Virus record (IMG/VR): IMGVR_UViG_3300036770_001415
Span: 1 to 14,763 of that record
Direction: 5' to 3' (one strand)
DNA: 14,763 nt
Origin: a virus
In this document: piece by piece, positions 1-7,297 of the stretch
How positions within the stretch are numbered: the stretch's first letter is position 1
Layout of the letters: every line of letters begins with the position of its first letter
The notes under the pieces: generated by a model
Database searches by the model: none
What the model was told of the DNA's origin: nothing
What the model saw: the letters and a program-made list of their open reading frames with translations, nothing else
Position numbers and translations under genes: made by a program

Positions 1-127
1 TACAACTACGGAATGGACCGATACGGCTACGGCTGGGGTCCGTGGAGTGCAACAAAATGAGCGAAGGCACAGCATGGAACCAAGGAGAACTCACCGAAGA
101 GACTCGCAAGCTTGTGCTCGAACGCAC
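1..127. repeat. Left copy of the terminal direct repeat (identical to 14637-14763); the contig closes into a 14,636-bp unit
   Basis: A base-by-base comparison shows 1-127 (tacaactacggaatggaccg...ctcgaacgcac) equals 14637-14763. The repeat carries the 3' end of the transglycosylase gene (stop TGA at 58-60, equivalent to 14694-14696) and the 5' end of the next gene (ATG at 57, equivalent to 14693). Confidence 0.97.
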
Positions 128-320
128 CGAGCATGTCAATCACACGATGGCAATCTTTGATCTGTTGGATGACATTATGCAAGTCAGCAAGAACCCTCAC
201 GCATCAATCATCCGTCGGTTGCAAACAATGAAGAACCAGTTGTCATTGAATGATCCGATGCCGGTCCATGATGTGACTACACTCGATCAAGCAATCAAAG
301 CACTACAAGCACACTCATAG
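57..320 (+). CDS. Hypothetical protein, 87 aa, predicted helical, no recognisable domain
   Basis: This is the ORF-track entry 42..320. I prefer the ATG at 57 because it overlaps the stop of the preceding transglycosylase gene as ATGA (57-60) once the genome is circularised. Translation starts MSEGTAWNQGELTEETRKL... Confidence 0.7.
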   Translation: MSEGTAWNQGELTEETRKLVLERTEHVNHTMAIFDLLDDIMQVSKNPHASIIRRLQTMKNQLSLNDPMPVHDVTTLDQAIKALQAHS

Positions 321-334
321 AAAAGGCATCCGAC

Positions 335-682
335 ATGTCCGACCAGTACGAAATGTTCCAAGTGATCACAGGGCTCGCAGGCACTAAAGCAGTGCCAGTA
401 GATCGCAATGTGATCATCGTTGCAAATAAAGCACAGCCAACTTCACAGCGTGCAGCGATCAAAGCGTTCCCACGATCAGGCACAAAACGCCAAAAGATCT
501 ACAACGCGATTCGACTCTTCAAGGGTCTTACCGATGAAGAAATTGAGCGCACACTTGAGATGTCAGGCAACACTGTCCGACCTTCGCGTGTGTCACTTGT
601 GCGCGACGGGCTAGTCATGGATTCGGGCCAGACTCGACAAACTGTGTCTGGCAATGATGCGATCGTCTGGGTGGTGTGCTAA
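335..682 (+). CDS. Winged helix-turn-helix DNA-binding protein, 115 aa
   Basis: The C-terminal two thirds read KRQKIYNAIRLFKGLTDEEIERTLEMSGNTVRPSRVSLVRDGLVMDSGQTRQTVSGNDAIVWVV. This matches the common phage wHTH pattern (LTDxEI...NTxRPRRxxLxxxGxIxDSG...R...SG..AIVW). The stop TAA at 680-682 overlaps the next ATG. Confidence 0.8.
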   Translation: MSDQYEMFQVITGLAGTKAVPVDRNVIIVANKAQPTSQRAAIKAFPRSGTKRQKIYNAIRLFKGLTDEEIERTLEMSGNTVRPSRVSLVRDGLVMDSGQTRQTVSGNDAIVWVVC

Positions 683-1260
683 TGGGCTTTGATCTCAGCA
701 ACTATGAAACAGTCGAGCAGCGCTTAGTGCGCTTCTGGGCAACATTTCCAGACGGTCGTATTGAGACCTGCATGATGAACTATGACGGTGACTCTTGCAT
801 CTTCCGTGCAGAGCTCTACCGACATGCAGACGATGCCAAACCGATGTCAGTCGGTTACGCGCATGAGCAAAGATCTGACCGTGGGGTCAATATGACTAGC
901 TGGTGCGAAAACGGAGAAACTTCGGCAATCGGTCGCGCCATCAGCAATAGCCCCATCCAAGGACAAGGCAACGGTCCAAGACCTTCTCGTCAAGAGATGG
1001 AAAAGGTCGCTCGGCTGGGGGGCAACCTAGCGCCCACCACTGATCGCCCAGCCGGGCAACCATCCACACAAGAACACATCCCTCGAGGAGCGTTCGCGAC
1101 ACCAAAGCAACTCGGCTACATCAAGAAGCTTGCCAAGGATGCCGGCATGGATGATCTTCGACTATTGGAACTAATCCATCGTGAACTCAACGATGACAGC
1201 GCGGTCTTAGAACTATTGAAGTCACATGAAGCGAGCAAGATCATTGAGGTACTCAAATGA
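682..1260 (+). CDS. Probable ssDNA-binding or single-strand-annealing protein (Rad52-like motif) with a C-terminal helical KQxxYIxxL...EASxxIxxL module, 192 aa
   Basis: The ORF track gives 676..1260. The ATG at 682 overlaps the upstream stop as TAATG. The N-terminal domain FDLSNYETVEQRLVRFW...VNMTSWCENGETSAIGRAISN resembles the (A/E)ETSA(I/L)GRAL motif I associate with phage Rad52/Sak-like annealing proteins. This rests on recollection, not a search. The C-terminus reads TPKQLGYIKKLAKDAGMD...SHEASKIIEVLK. I am confident it is coding and only tentative about its function. Confidence 0.55.
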   Translation: MGFDLSNYETVEQRLVRFWATFPDGRIETCMMNYDGDSCIFRAELYRHADDAKPMSVGYAHEQRSDRGVNMTSWCENGETSAIGRAISNSPIQGQGNGPRPSRQEMEKVARLGGNLAPTTDRPAGQPSTQEHIPRGAFATPKQLGYIKKLAKDAGMDDLRLLELIHRELNDDSAVLELLKSHEASKIIEVLK

Positions 1261-1400
1261 CATTAGAAGAATTGGTCAATGCGATTGAACGCTTGCAAGC
1301 GGTATATGTAGAGCTGCGCGACGAGCAAGACAAAGCGAAACAAAAAATCCGATGGGCTATCAATCATTTAGCTGACAAAATCTGGTCGGAGTCGCTGTGA
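1257..1400 (+). CDS. Small hypothetical coiled-coil protein, 47 aa (below the ORF-track cutoff)
   Basis: My own translation is MTLEELVNAIERLQAVYVELRDEQDKAKQKIRWAINHLADKIWSESL*. The ATG at 1257 overlaps the upstream stop as ATGA. Its stop TGA (1398-1400) overlaps the downstream GTG start as GTGA, so it exactly bridges two supported genes. Confidence 0.6.
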   Translation: MTLEELVNAIERLQAVYVELRDEQDKAKQKIRWAINHLADKIWSESL

Positions 1401-1738
1401 AGTTTGACAAGAACATGAGCGAAGCCGAGTTGAAAGAAGTCGTCATCTCGGTCGCACGCAGATATGGCTGGTTGATCCATCATGATCTGCCTGCACAGAA
1501 CTCTCGAGGACGCTGGCTCACCAATGTCCAAGGCGACGCAGGCTTCCCAGATCTACTGATGGTCCATCCTGTGTCCGGCAAAGTGCTAGCGGTAGAGCTC
1601 AAAGCGGAACGCGGAAAGCTGTCACCATTGCAGAAGCGATGGCTGATGGCATTCGATACGGGATCGCACTTCAATAGCGTCTGGAAGCCCAGCGATATGG
1701 AGTACATTCTCTACACTCTGAGCAACTTTCAGATCTAA
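1397..1738 (+). CDS. VRR-NUC domain nuclease (PD-(D/E)xK fold, possible junction-resolving or processing nuclease), 113 aa
   Basis: The sequence GFPDLLMVHPVSGKVLAVELKAERGKLSPLQKRWL matches the VRR-NUC signature (G-x-PD ... E-x-K ... G-x-L-S-x-x-Q-x-x-W). The start is a GTG coupled to the upstream stop. Confidence 0.88.
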   Translation: MKFDKNMSEAELKEVVISVARRYGWLIHHDLPAQNSRGRWLTNVQGDAGFPDLLMVHPVSGKVLAVELKAERGKLSPLQKRWLMAFDTGSHFNSVWKPSDMEYILYTLSNFQI

Positions 1739-2133
1739 TTACATAGCTGGTACTCGGTGTGCCTCGCCGGGCTAAGTCGGGAATTGAGGAGCCCAGCCAG
1801 CATTGATCGCTTGATGATCCACGACCTAAGCCATTCGCACGGCAGTTGGTGACACTCGGTAACGAGGGTAGACCGACGCGCCCTCAATCATGCAAGACGA
1901 AGTGAGCGAGGCAAGGCGTCGGGGCGAGCTGTGAACATAATCAGCTGATGAGTGCAAAGGGTACGGGTTAGGGCAACCCCGTGGGTGGAGCATTCATCCC
2001 TGTATGTCTTCCCCGTTCGCATAACATACATACAAACAAACACAGCAGACATGGACACACACACATGAGCCCGACATCATCAACAAGGACAAGCCACGCA
2101 GTGGCGCGTCAGCACAAGCGAAGCGCGTGAGCC
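1739..2133 (+). promoter_or_regulatory. 395-bp ORF-free region immediately upstream of the HNH-terminase gene; candidate cos/pac site, main promoter and/or origin
   Basis: I mapped stop codons in all three + frames and found no + strand ORF longer than about 20 codons. The left part (1740-2015) is G+C-rich with local hairpins, for example 1963-1982 acgggttagggcaaccccgt. The right part (about 2018-2130) is A/C-rich and T-poor. It is the only gap longer than about 52 nt in the genome. The function is inferred from its position. Confidence 0.5.
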
Positions 2134-3897
2134 ATGCCACGAGAACGCACAACAAACAACAAAGAATATGCAACCAACCGTGCAGCATTACTCAAAGGAC
2201 AACCGATGTGTCACTGGTGTCATCGCAAAGTTGCAGACACAGCAGATCATCTAGTCGAGGTTGATCGCGGTGGCGACCACTCACTCTCGAACCTTGTGCC
2301 GGCATGCAGAGAATGCAACAGCAGACGCGGAACACAATACAAAAGCGCACGCGACCGCCAACGAATCCACGACCGAGCCGAAGCAACACGCACACCAATC
2401 GTGAGAGATGGATTTTGTTCTGACGAACAGTCCTTGCCCCCGAGCCCATCGTTCTCTTTCTCCCCGAAGGACAGCGACCAGCCTGAACCAGAGCTCATTG
2501 GTCATGACCAGCCGAGACTGGCAACGATCAGCCCGGATCAGCTGGGATCACATGTGTGGGGTGTGGTGGAGTGGGCTCGCAAGTTCATGCAGATGGAGTT
2601 GATGGAGTGGCAGATCAATGCTCTTGCGGATCAGCTTGCGTATTCGGATGATGCCGGTATTGAGCTTGTGACTCGCACTTCTTTGGTGTCGTGTGCTCGC
2701 CAGCAGGGAAAGTCTGTTGCGCTTCGAGCTCTTGCTGGGTGGTGGCTGACTGAGATGCCAAAGATTCGCGGTGAGAAGCAGACTGTGCTTTTGATGGCTC
2801 ATCGTCTTGATTCGGCCGCACAGATCTATGAGGAAATTGCTGACATTCTTGAGCAATACTTTGATGCAAAGCTCACACGCTCTTATGGTCGTCTTGCTGC
2901 CAAGTTGCCGGACGGATCCAAGCTTCTAGTGCGTTCCGCAAAGCCCAATGCAGCGCACGGTCTGTCCGTTGATCTTGCTCTTGTAGACGAAGTGTGGGGA
3001 ATTGACGAAGAAGTGATTGATGGTGGTATCACACCGACAATGCGCGCACGCCGCTTTCCATTGTTGAGCATGTGGTCTACTGCCGGCACAGAAGAATCTA
3101 AAGTCATGCAACGCTATCGAGAGATGGGTCTTCGTCTGATTGACACACATCAGCCGACTAACTTTCACTTCCGTGAATGGTCTCCACCGCCAGACCTAGA
3201 CCCGATGGATCCTGTCGCATGGTGCTATGCGAACCCAGCGCTCGGCAAAACACTTGAGATGTCCACCATTGAATCAGAAGCACAGCTCCCCGATCGCGCA
3301 TCATTCCTACGCTCGAGTGTGAACCTTTGGATCGCGACTGATCGCTCATGGCTCCCACAGGGTCTCTGGACACAGCTCGCCACTAGTGAACCGTTGCCGG
3401 CTGGCGGTGTCGTCGCGGTAGAGGTGGACTTCAATGACTCGCACTATTACGCCACACGATCGGTCCTGCTGCCGGACGGTCGCATCGGTGTCACAGTTGC
3501 ATTCACTTGCGACACACAAACCCAGCTATGGGAACATGTGCGCGAACTTGCCAAAGACCCCACAATCCAATTCGCGCTCACACCGACAGTCGATCTGCAA
3601 TGCCCACCTGCGATCGAGCGTCGGCGTGTTGTCGTGGGTTATGCAGAAATCTTGAAATGGACTCCAGCTGTCCAAGGTCTAATCCGTGAGCGACAGATCG
3701 TCCACACAGGCGAGATGGCGTTAGCAGAGCATGTCGTGCGCGCGGTAAGTGTTCGCACACAAGGCAGTATCGCGGTCAGCTCGCAAAGGTCTCCCGGACC
3801 CATCGAGCTATGTCGCACGATGATCTTCAGTAGCGCGATCGTTGCCGGCAATCGTCATGCTCGAGGGAAGCCACAGCTCGTCGTTGTAGCGAACTAA
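2134..3897 (+). CDS. HNH endonuclease fused to the large terminase subunit (TerL), 587 aa
   Basis: The N-terminus CHWCHRKVADTADHLVEVDRGGDHSLSNLVPACRECNSRRG is a zinc-finger HNH motif (CxxC...DH...N...CxxCN). A low-complexity linker follows (aa about 75-135, SLPPSPSFSFSPKDSDQPEPE). Next comes the TerL ATPase, with a Walker A-like CARQQGKSVA and a Walker B DLALVDEVW, then a C-terminal RNase H-like nuclease region (VAVEVDFNDSHYYAT...). It is one uninterrupted reading frame. Confidence 0.9.
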   Translation: MPRERTTNNKEYATNRAALLKGQPMCHWCHRKVADTADHLVEVDRGGDHSLSNLVPACRECNSRRGTQYKSARDRQRIHDRAEATRTPIVRDGFCSDEQSLPPSPSFSFSPKDSDQPEPELIGHDQPRLATISPDQLGSHVWGVVEWARKFMQMELMEWQINALADQLAYSDDAGIELVTRTSLVSCARQQGKSVALRALAGWWLTEMPKIRGEKQTVLLMAHRLDSAAQIYEEIADILEQYFDAKLTRSYGRLAAKLPDGSKLLVRSAKPNAAHGLSVDLALVDEVWGIDEEVIDGGITPTMRARRFPLLSMWSTAGTEESKVMQRYREMGLRLIDTHQPTNFHFREWSPPPDLDPMDPVAWCYANPALGKTLEMSTIESEAQLPDRASFLRSSVNLWIATDRSWLPQGLWTQLATSEPLPAGGVVAVEVDFNDSHYYATRSVLLPDGRIGVTVAFTCDTQTQLWEHVRELAKDPTIQFALTPTVDLQCPPAIERRRVVVGYAEILKWTPAVQGLIRERQIVHTGEMALAEHVVRAVSVRTQGSIAVSSQRSPGPIELCRTMIFSSAIVAGNRHARGKPQLVVVAN

Positions 3898-3947
3898 GAT
3901 CAGCGCGGAGTCGCGTGTCAAGCCTTTCGTCGGAGAAGGTTCCCCCG

Positions 3948-5087
3948 ATGCGCGACTCCACTAGAAAACTGTGGAAGAGTGGACACATGGGATTATTCAA
4001 CCGAGTGAACAAACCAGCATTGGCAACTGAATACGGCGCGATAGAGATCACTGCGGCAGTCGGTGGCTCGAATGTCGGCGCATCACAAGTCGGCAACTAC
4101 ATCGCGTACTCAGACGGAACTGGTCGCGAGCGGATGATGAGCTTGGCTGTCATTGCGCGTGCAAGAGACTTGATCTGCACCACGATCTCAGGCATGAAGT
4201 TTGAGATGTATCGTGAAATGTGGAACGGCGACGAAATGGAAGAAGTGCCACTCGCACCACGCGCATGGCTTGCACGCATGGACAAAGGCGTGCCGAACTC
4301 CACGCTCCTCAGCTGGCTTGCTGATGACCTCATCTTCTGGGGTCGCGCCTTCCTCTATGTGAATGAAAGGACCAGCGATCTTTATCCTTCAAGCTACACA
4401 AGACTCCCGGCAGCAATGGTCCAGACACTCGACCAGCAAGGTCCGGTCTTCTTCGGACCATCAAATCAGGTGCTATTCAACGGCATGGAAATTGACTCGC
4501 GAGATCTGATCCAATTCATCAGCCCGATGCAAGGCATTCTCTTCACCGGTCGCCGACCAGCCGAAACAGCAATCCGCATCGAAGAGGCACGCATGCGAAA
4601 CGCATCCTCAGCAATCCCAGCTGGCGTACTCAAGCAGACAGGCGGAGAACCACTAAGCGGTCAAGAACTCGCAGACCTTGCTGCACAGTTCAACCTTGCG
4701 CGAGCAACAAACCAGACCGCAGCGCTCAATGAGTTCCTCAGCTACACAGAGACCAACGCAACACCAGACAAGATGCTTCTCATCGACTCAGCTGATTACA
4801 GTGCGCGCGATCTCGGTCGTCTTCTTGGCGTTCCTAGTTACTTGCTGTCGGTCAGCATCGGCGCATACAGCTACCAGTCAGCCCAGCAATCACGCATGGA
4901 TCTCTGGCAATACGCATGCAAACCGATCGCAGACTGCATCACACAAACCTTGTCAAGCGACAACAATCTTCCACGCGGAACCATGGTCAAGTTCGATGTC
5001 GATGACTTCCTCTCCGAGACCTACATGGGCGACGAAATGGAAGACCGCGAAGAGATGCCAGATCAGTCCACTATGGGCGCAAGCTGA
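3948..5087 (+). CDS. Portal protein (HK97-type portal family), about 379 aa
   Basis: Portal-like blocks are present: WLARMDKGVPNSTLLSWLADDLIFWGRAFLYVNER and IPAGVLKQTGGEPLSGQELADLAAQFN. The gene sits directly after TerL. The ORF track opens at a GTG at 3915. I prefer the ATG at 3948, which is preceded by GGAGAAGG (3932-3939). The ATG at 3987 (MGLFNRV...) is an alternative. Confidence 0.88.
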   Translation: MRDSTRKLWKSGHMGLFNRVNKPALATEYGAIEITAAVGGSNVGASQVGNYIAYSDGTGRERMMSLAVIARARDLICTTISGMKFEMYREMWNGDEMEEVPLAPRAWLARMDKGVPNSTLLSWLADDLIFWGRAFLYVNERTSDLYPSSYTRLPAAMVQTLDQQGPVFFGPSNQVLFNGMEIDSRDLIQFISPMQGILFTGRRPAETAIRIEEARMRNASSAIPAGVLKQTGGEPLSGQELADLAAQFNLARATNQTAALNEFLSYTETNATPDKMLLIDSADYSARDLGRLLGVPSYLLSVSIGAYSYQSAQQSRMDLWQYACKPIADCITQTLSSDNNLPRGTMVKFDVDDFLSETYMGDEMEDREEMPDQSTMGAS

Positions 5088-5105
5088 TCGGATAAAGTCA
5101 CGACT

Positions 5106-6650
5106 ATGTTGAAATTACACGCAGGACAATTCACGATTGACGCAGCGCAAGGTGACCAGCCACGACGCATGATCTCGGGAATCGCAGTTCGATACAACAC
5201 AGAAGCCACTGTCAGCGATGGCACTCGAGTTATGTTCGCTCCTGGCTCATTGCCATCAGACGGACCAGCACCAAAGCTTTTCATGTATCACGATGCAACC
5301 AAAGTCATCGGAACAGTGACCGAACGGGTAGAGACCGAGGAAGGCATGCTTTTCTCAGCCAAGGTCGCAGACACAACTCTTGGCTCGGAAGCGCTTGTCC
5401 TCGCAGCTGCTGGAGCGCTCTCGGATGTCTCAGTCGGGGTCGAGCCTGTCAAGTTCAAGTACGACAAAAACGGTGTCATGGTAATCACAGCAAGTCGCTG
5501 GATGGAGCTGTCGGTCGTGCCACACGGCGCATTCGACGCACCCATCCTTGATGTCGCTGCGAGTATCCACCAAGACGACGAAGAAGTAAGCAATAATCAA
5601 GAAGCAGTCCAAGAAACGGAGAACGAAATGTCAGAACAAGTAGAAGCCCCAGCAGTAGTCGAGGCATCAACCATTACTCAAACCCTCTACGCACAGCCAC
5701 GCAAAGAGTTCAAGTTGCCATCAGCTGGCGAATGGATCTCAGCACAAATGCAAGGCGGAGCAGTCGCAGCAGAATTGAATGCGCGAGTTCGCGCTGCAGC
5801 GCCAGATGTAGTGACTTCAGATCTTGATGGCATCCTGCCATTGCCGATCGTGTCACCGATCTACAACAATTTCCGCGGGTTGCGTCCTGTGATTGATGCT
5901 GTCGGCGTTCGCGCAATGCCACAGTCGGGCAAAGTGTTCATCCGCCCAGTGGTAAGCACACATACATCAATGGCAGTCGCCAGCGAAAACACCACCATCC
6001 AAAGCGGAACTTTTGTGGTGAACGATGTGCAAATCACTAAGGGAATCTACGGTGGATATGTTGATGTATCGGAAGCTTCACTTGACTGGACACAGCCAGA
6101 AGTTCTCGGTGCAATGCTTGACGACATGGCTCGTGTTTATGCAAACACGGTAGACAATGTTGCAGCAGACGCACTCGAAGCTGGAACAACCAACACCAAC
6201 AACTTCACATCAGCAGACATTGCCAAGCCAGAAGTATGGGTCGCTTGGATCTATCAAGCAGCATCAGACATCTTGACCGGATCAAACGGCAACTTGCCTA
6301 CGCACTTGTTCATGGCTCCTAACCGTTGGGCTTCACTTGGAAACTTGAGCGATGACAGTGGTCGTCCATTGTTCCCGAACATCGGACCAATGAACGCACT
6401 CGGTCAGCTCGCACCGGGAGACTACGCCGGCAACGCATTCGGCTTGCAGGTAGTGGTGGACCGTAACCTTCCATCTGGAACGCTCATCATCGGTGATGCG
6501 ACCAGCGGTGGCTTCGAGTGTTGGGAACAGCAGAAGGGCGCAATATCAATTGATGTGCCTTCCAAGCTGGAGCGCACCATCGCCTTCCGTGGCTACTTCG
6601 CCGCGAAGATGATTGACGACACCAAGTTCATCAAAGCAGCATTCGTCTGA
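5106..6650 (+). CDS. Prohead protease (HK97/S78-like), acidic scaffold-like linker and HK97-fold major capsid protein, fused in one 514-aa ORF
   Basis: Residues 1 to about 160 carry protease motifs (FMYHDATKVIGT, LSDVSVGVEP, MELSVVPHGAFDAP). Residues about 160-230 form an acidic, Gln/Glu-rich linker. Residues about 230-514 are capsid-like (LPLPIVSPIYNNFRGLRPVIDAV, SGRPLFPNIGPMNALG, GLQVVVDRNLPSGTLIIGD, RTIAFRGYFAAKM). An in-frame ATG at 5628 is preceded by GGAG (5618-5621) with a 6-nt spacer. Confidence 0.88.
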   Translation: MLKLHAGQFTIDAAQGDQPRRMISGIAVRYNTEATVSDGTRVMFAPGSLPSDGPAPKLFMYHDATKVIGTVTERVETEEGMLFSAKVADTTLGSEALVLAAAGALSDVSVGVEPVKFKYDKNGVMVITASRWMELSVVPHGAFDAPILDVAASIHQDDEEVSNNQEAVQETENEMSEQVEAPAVVEASTITQTLYAQPRKEFKLPSAGEWISAQMQGGAVAAELNARVRAAAPDVVTSDLDGILPLPIVSPIYNNFRGLRPVIDAVGVRAMPQSGKVFIRPVVSTHTSMAVASENTTIQSGTFVVNDVQITKGIYGGYVDVSEASLDWTQPEVLGAMLDDMARVYANTVDNVAADALEAGTTNTNNFTSADIAKPEVWVAWIYQAASDILTGSNGNLPTHLFMAPNRWASLGNLSDDSGRPLFPNIGPMNALGQLAPGDYAGNAFGLQVVVDRNLPSGTLIIGDATSGGFECWEQQKGAISIDVPSKLERTIAFRGYFAAKMIDDTKFIKAAFV

Positions 6651-6670
6651 TCTGAAAGGTAGTCCAAGTT

Positions 6671-7297
6671 ATGGCTACCTATCAGGTCGTCGGCAAGTAC
6701 CTAAACGACGATTACGCCGTCCTCGAGCTACTCACACAGAGTGAGCTCGTGGTCGGTGGATCGATCACGGTCGCATCAGTAGATGCAACATTCAACGGAA
6801 CCTACACGGTCCGCGCATTGCCCCAGTATCTATTTATTGGTACAGACGATGAGGGTGATCTGGTGTATGACCCTATGGTTCCGATCGCGAATCAAGTGCT
6901 CTATGCCAAGACCGCTGACGATGTAGAGCGCCAAGCTTCTACTGGCACAGTCACATTCACGCAGACCTGCACTTGGATCACAGCACAGAATGTGCTCGAC
7001 TGGCTTGGCATCTCGGTGGCGACAGCTGGAGACCAGACCTTTGTGACAACTTGTGCAGCCGCGTCGAATGCGTTCTGCTTTAGGCGCAGACAAGAAGCCT
7101 CGTATATAGATTCATTGAGCACAGTGCCATCGCAAGATGTGTATCTCGGAACCGTGATGTACGCCGGCATGCTTTATAAATCGCGCGGAACGGTCGATGT
7201 ATTTTCCAGCTATCAAGACATGGGTCAGACACCAGTCGTTGGGATGAATGGTCAGATCAAACAACTTCTCGGCATTGATCGCCCGGCTTGCGCATGA
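6671..7297 (+). CDS. Head-to-tail adaptor (HK97 gp6 / SPP1 gp15-like C-terminal half) with an unassigned N-terminal domain of about 95 aa, 208 aa
   Basis: The C-terminal half reads ITAQNVLDWLGISVATAGDQTFVTTCAAASNAFCFRRRQ...PSQDVYLGTVMYAGMLYKSRGTVDVFSSYQDMG. This fits the adaptor pattern common in actinophage-type siphoviruses (V..WLG....D...L......AA......R....P..V..A....AARLY.R..S..G). The gene lies directly after the capsid gene. Confidence 0.7.
   Translation: MATYQVVGKYLNDDYAVLELLTQSELVVGGSITVASVDATFNGTYTVRALPQYLFIGTDDEGDLVYDPMVPIANQVLYAKTADDVERQASTGTVTFTQTCTWITAQNVLDWLGISVATAGDQTFVTTCAAASNAFCFRRRQEASYIDSLSTVPSQDVYLGTVMYAGMLYKSRGTVDVFSSYQDMGQTPVVGMNGQIKQLLGIDRPACA

Noticed and set aside
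42-56. Upstream starts offered by the ORF track (42, 676, 3915, 7288, 13308, 14166)
   Set aside because: In each case a downstream ATG either overlaps the previous stop (ATGA or TAATG coupling) or has a better Shine-Dalgarno. Several upstream starts are GTG or TTG inside the preceding gene. The portal start remains uncertain (3948 versus 3987).
1-127. Treating the 127-nt terminal identity as a biological direct terminal repeat that defines the physical genome ends
   Set aside because: The repeat cuts through the middle of two coupled genes. Its length (127) equals a k-mer size commonly used as the maximum by de Bruijn assemblers. It is more likely the signature of a circular or circularly permuted assembly. 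It supports completeness but not the location of the termini.
1945-1952. CTGATGAG, identical to the conserved hammerhead-ribozyme core box, inside the non-coding region
   Set aside because: I could not find the partner CGAAAC/GAAA box or a stem II/stem III arrangement around it. A single 8-mer is expected by chance often enough. An Infernal/Rfam scan would settle it.
2065-2130. A 21-codon ORF (MSPTSSTRTSHAVARQHKRSA*) just upstream of the HNH-TerL gene, considered as a possible tiny TerS
   Set aside because: It is far too short for any known small terminase. It is low-complexity, a translation of the A/C-rich tract, and has no ribosome-binding site.
1994-2188. A minus-strand 64-aa ORF in the non-coding region (Cys/Val/Leu-rich)
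   Set aside because: It is the reverse-complement reading of the CA-rich tract (GT-rich codons giving Cys, Val and Leu). It overlaps the terminase start, and every other gene is on the + strand.
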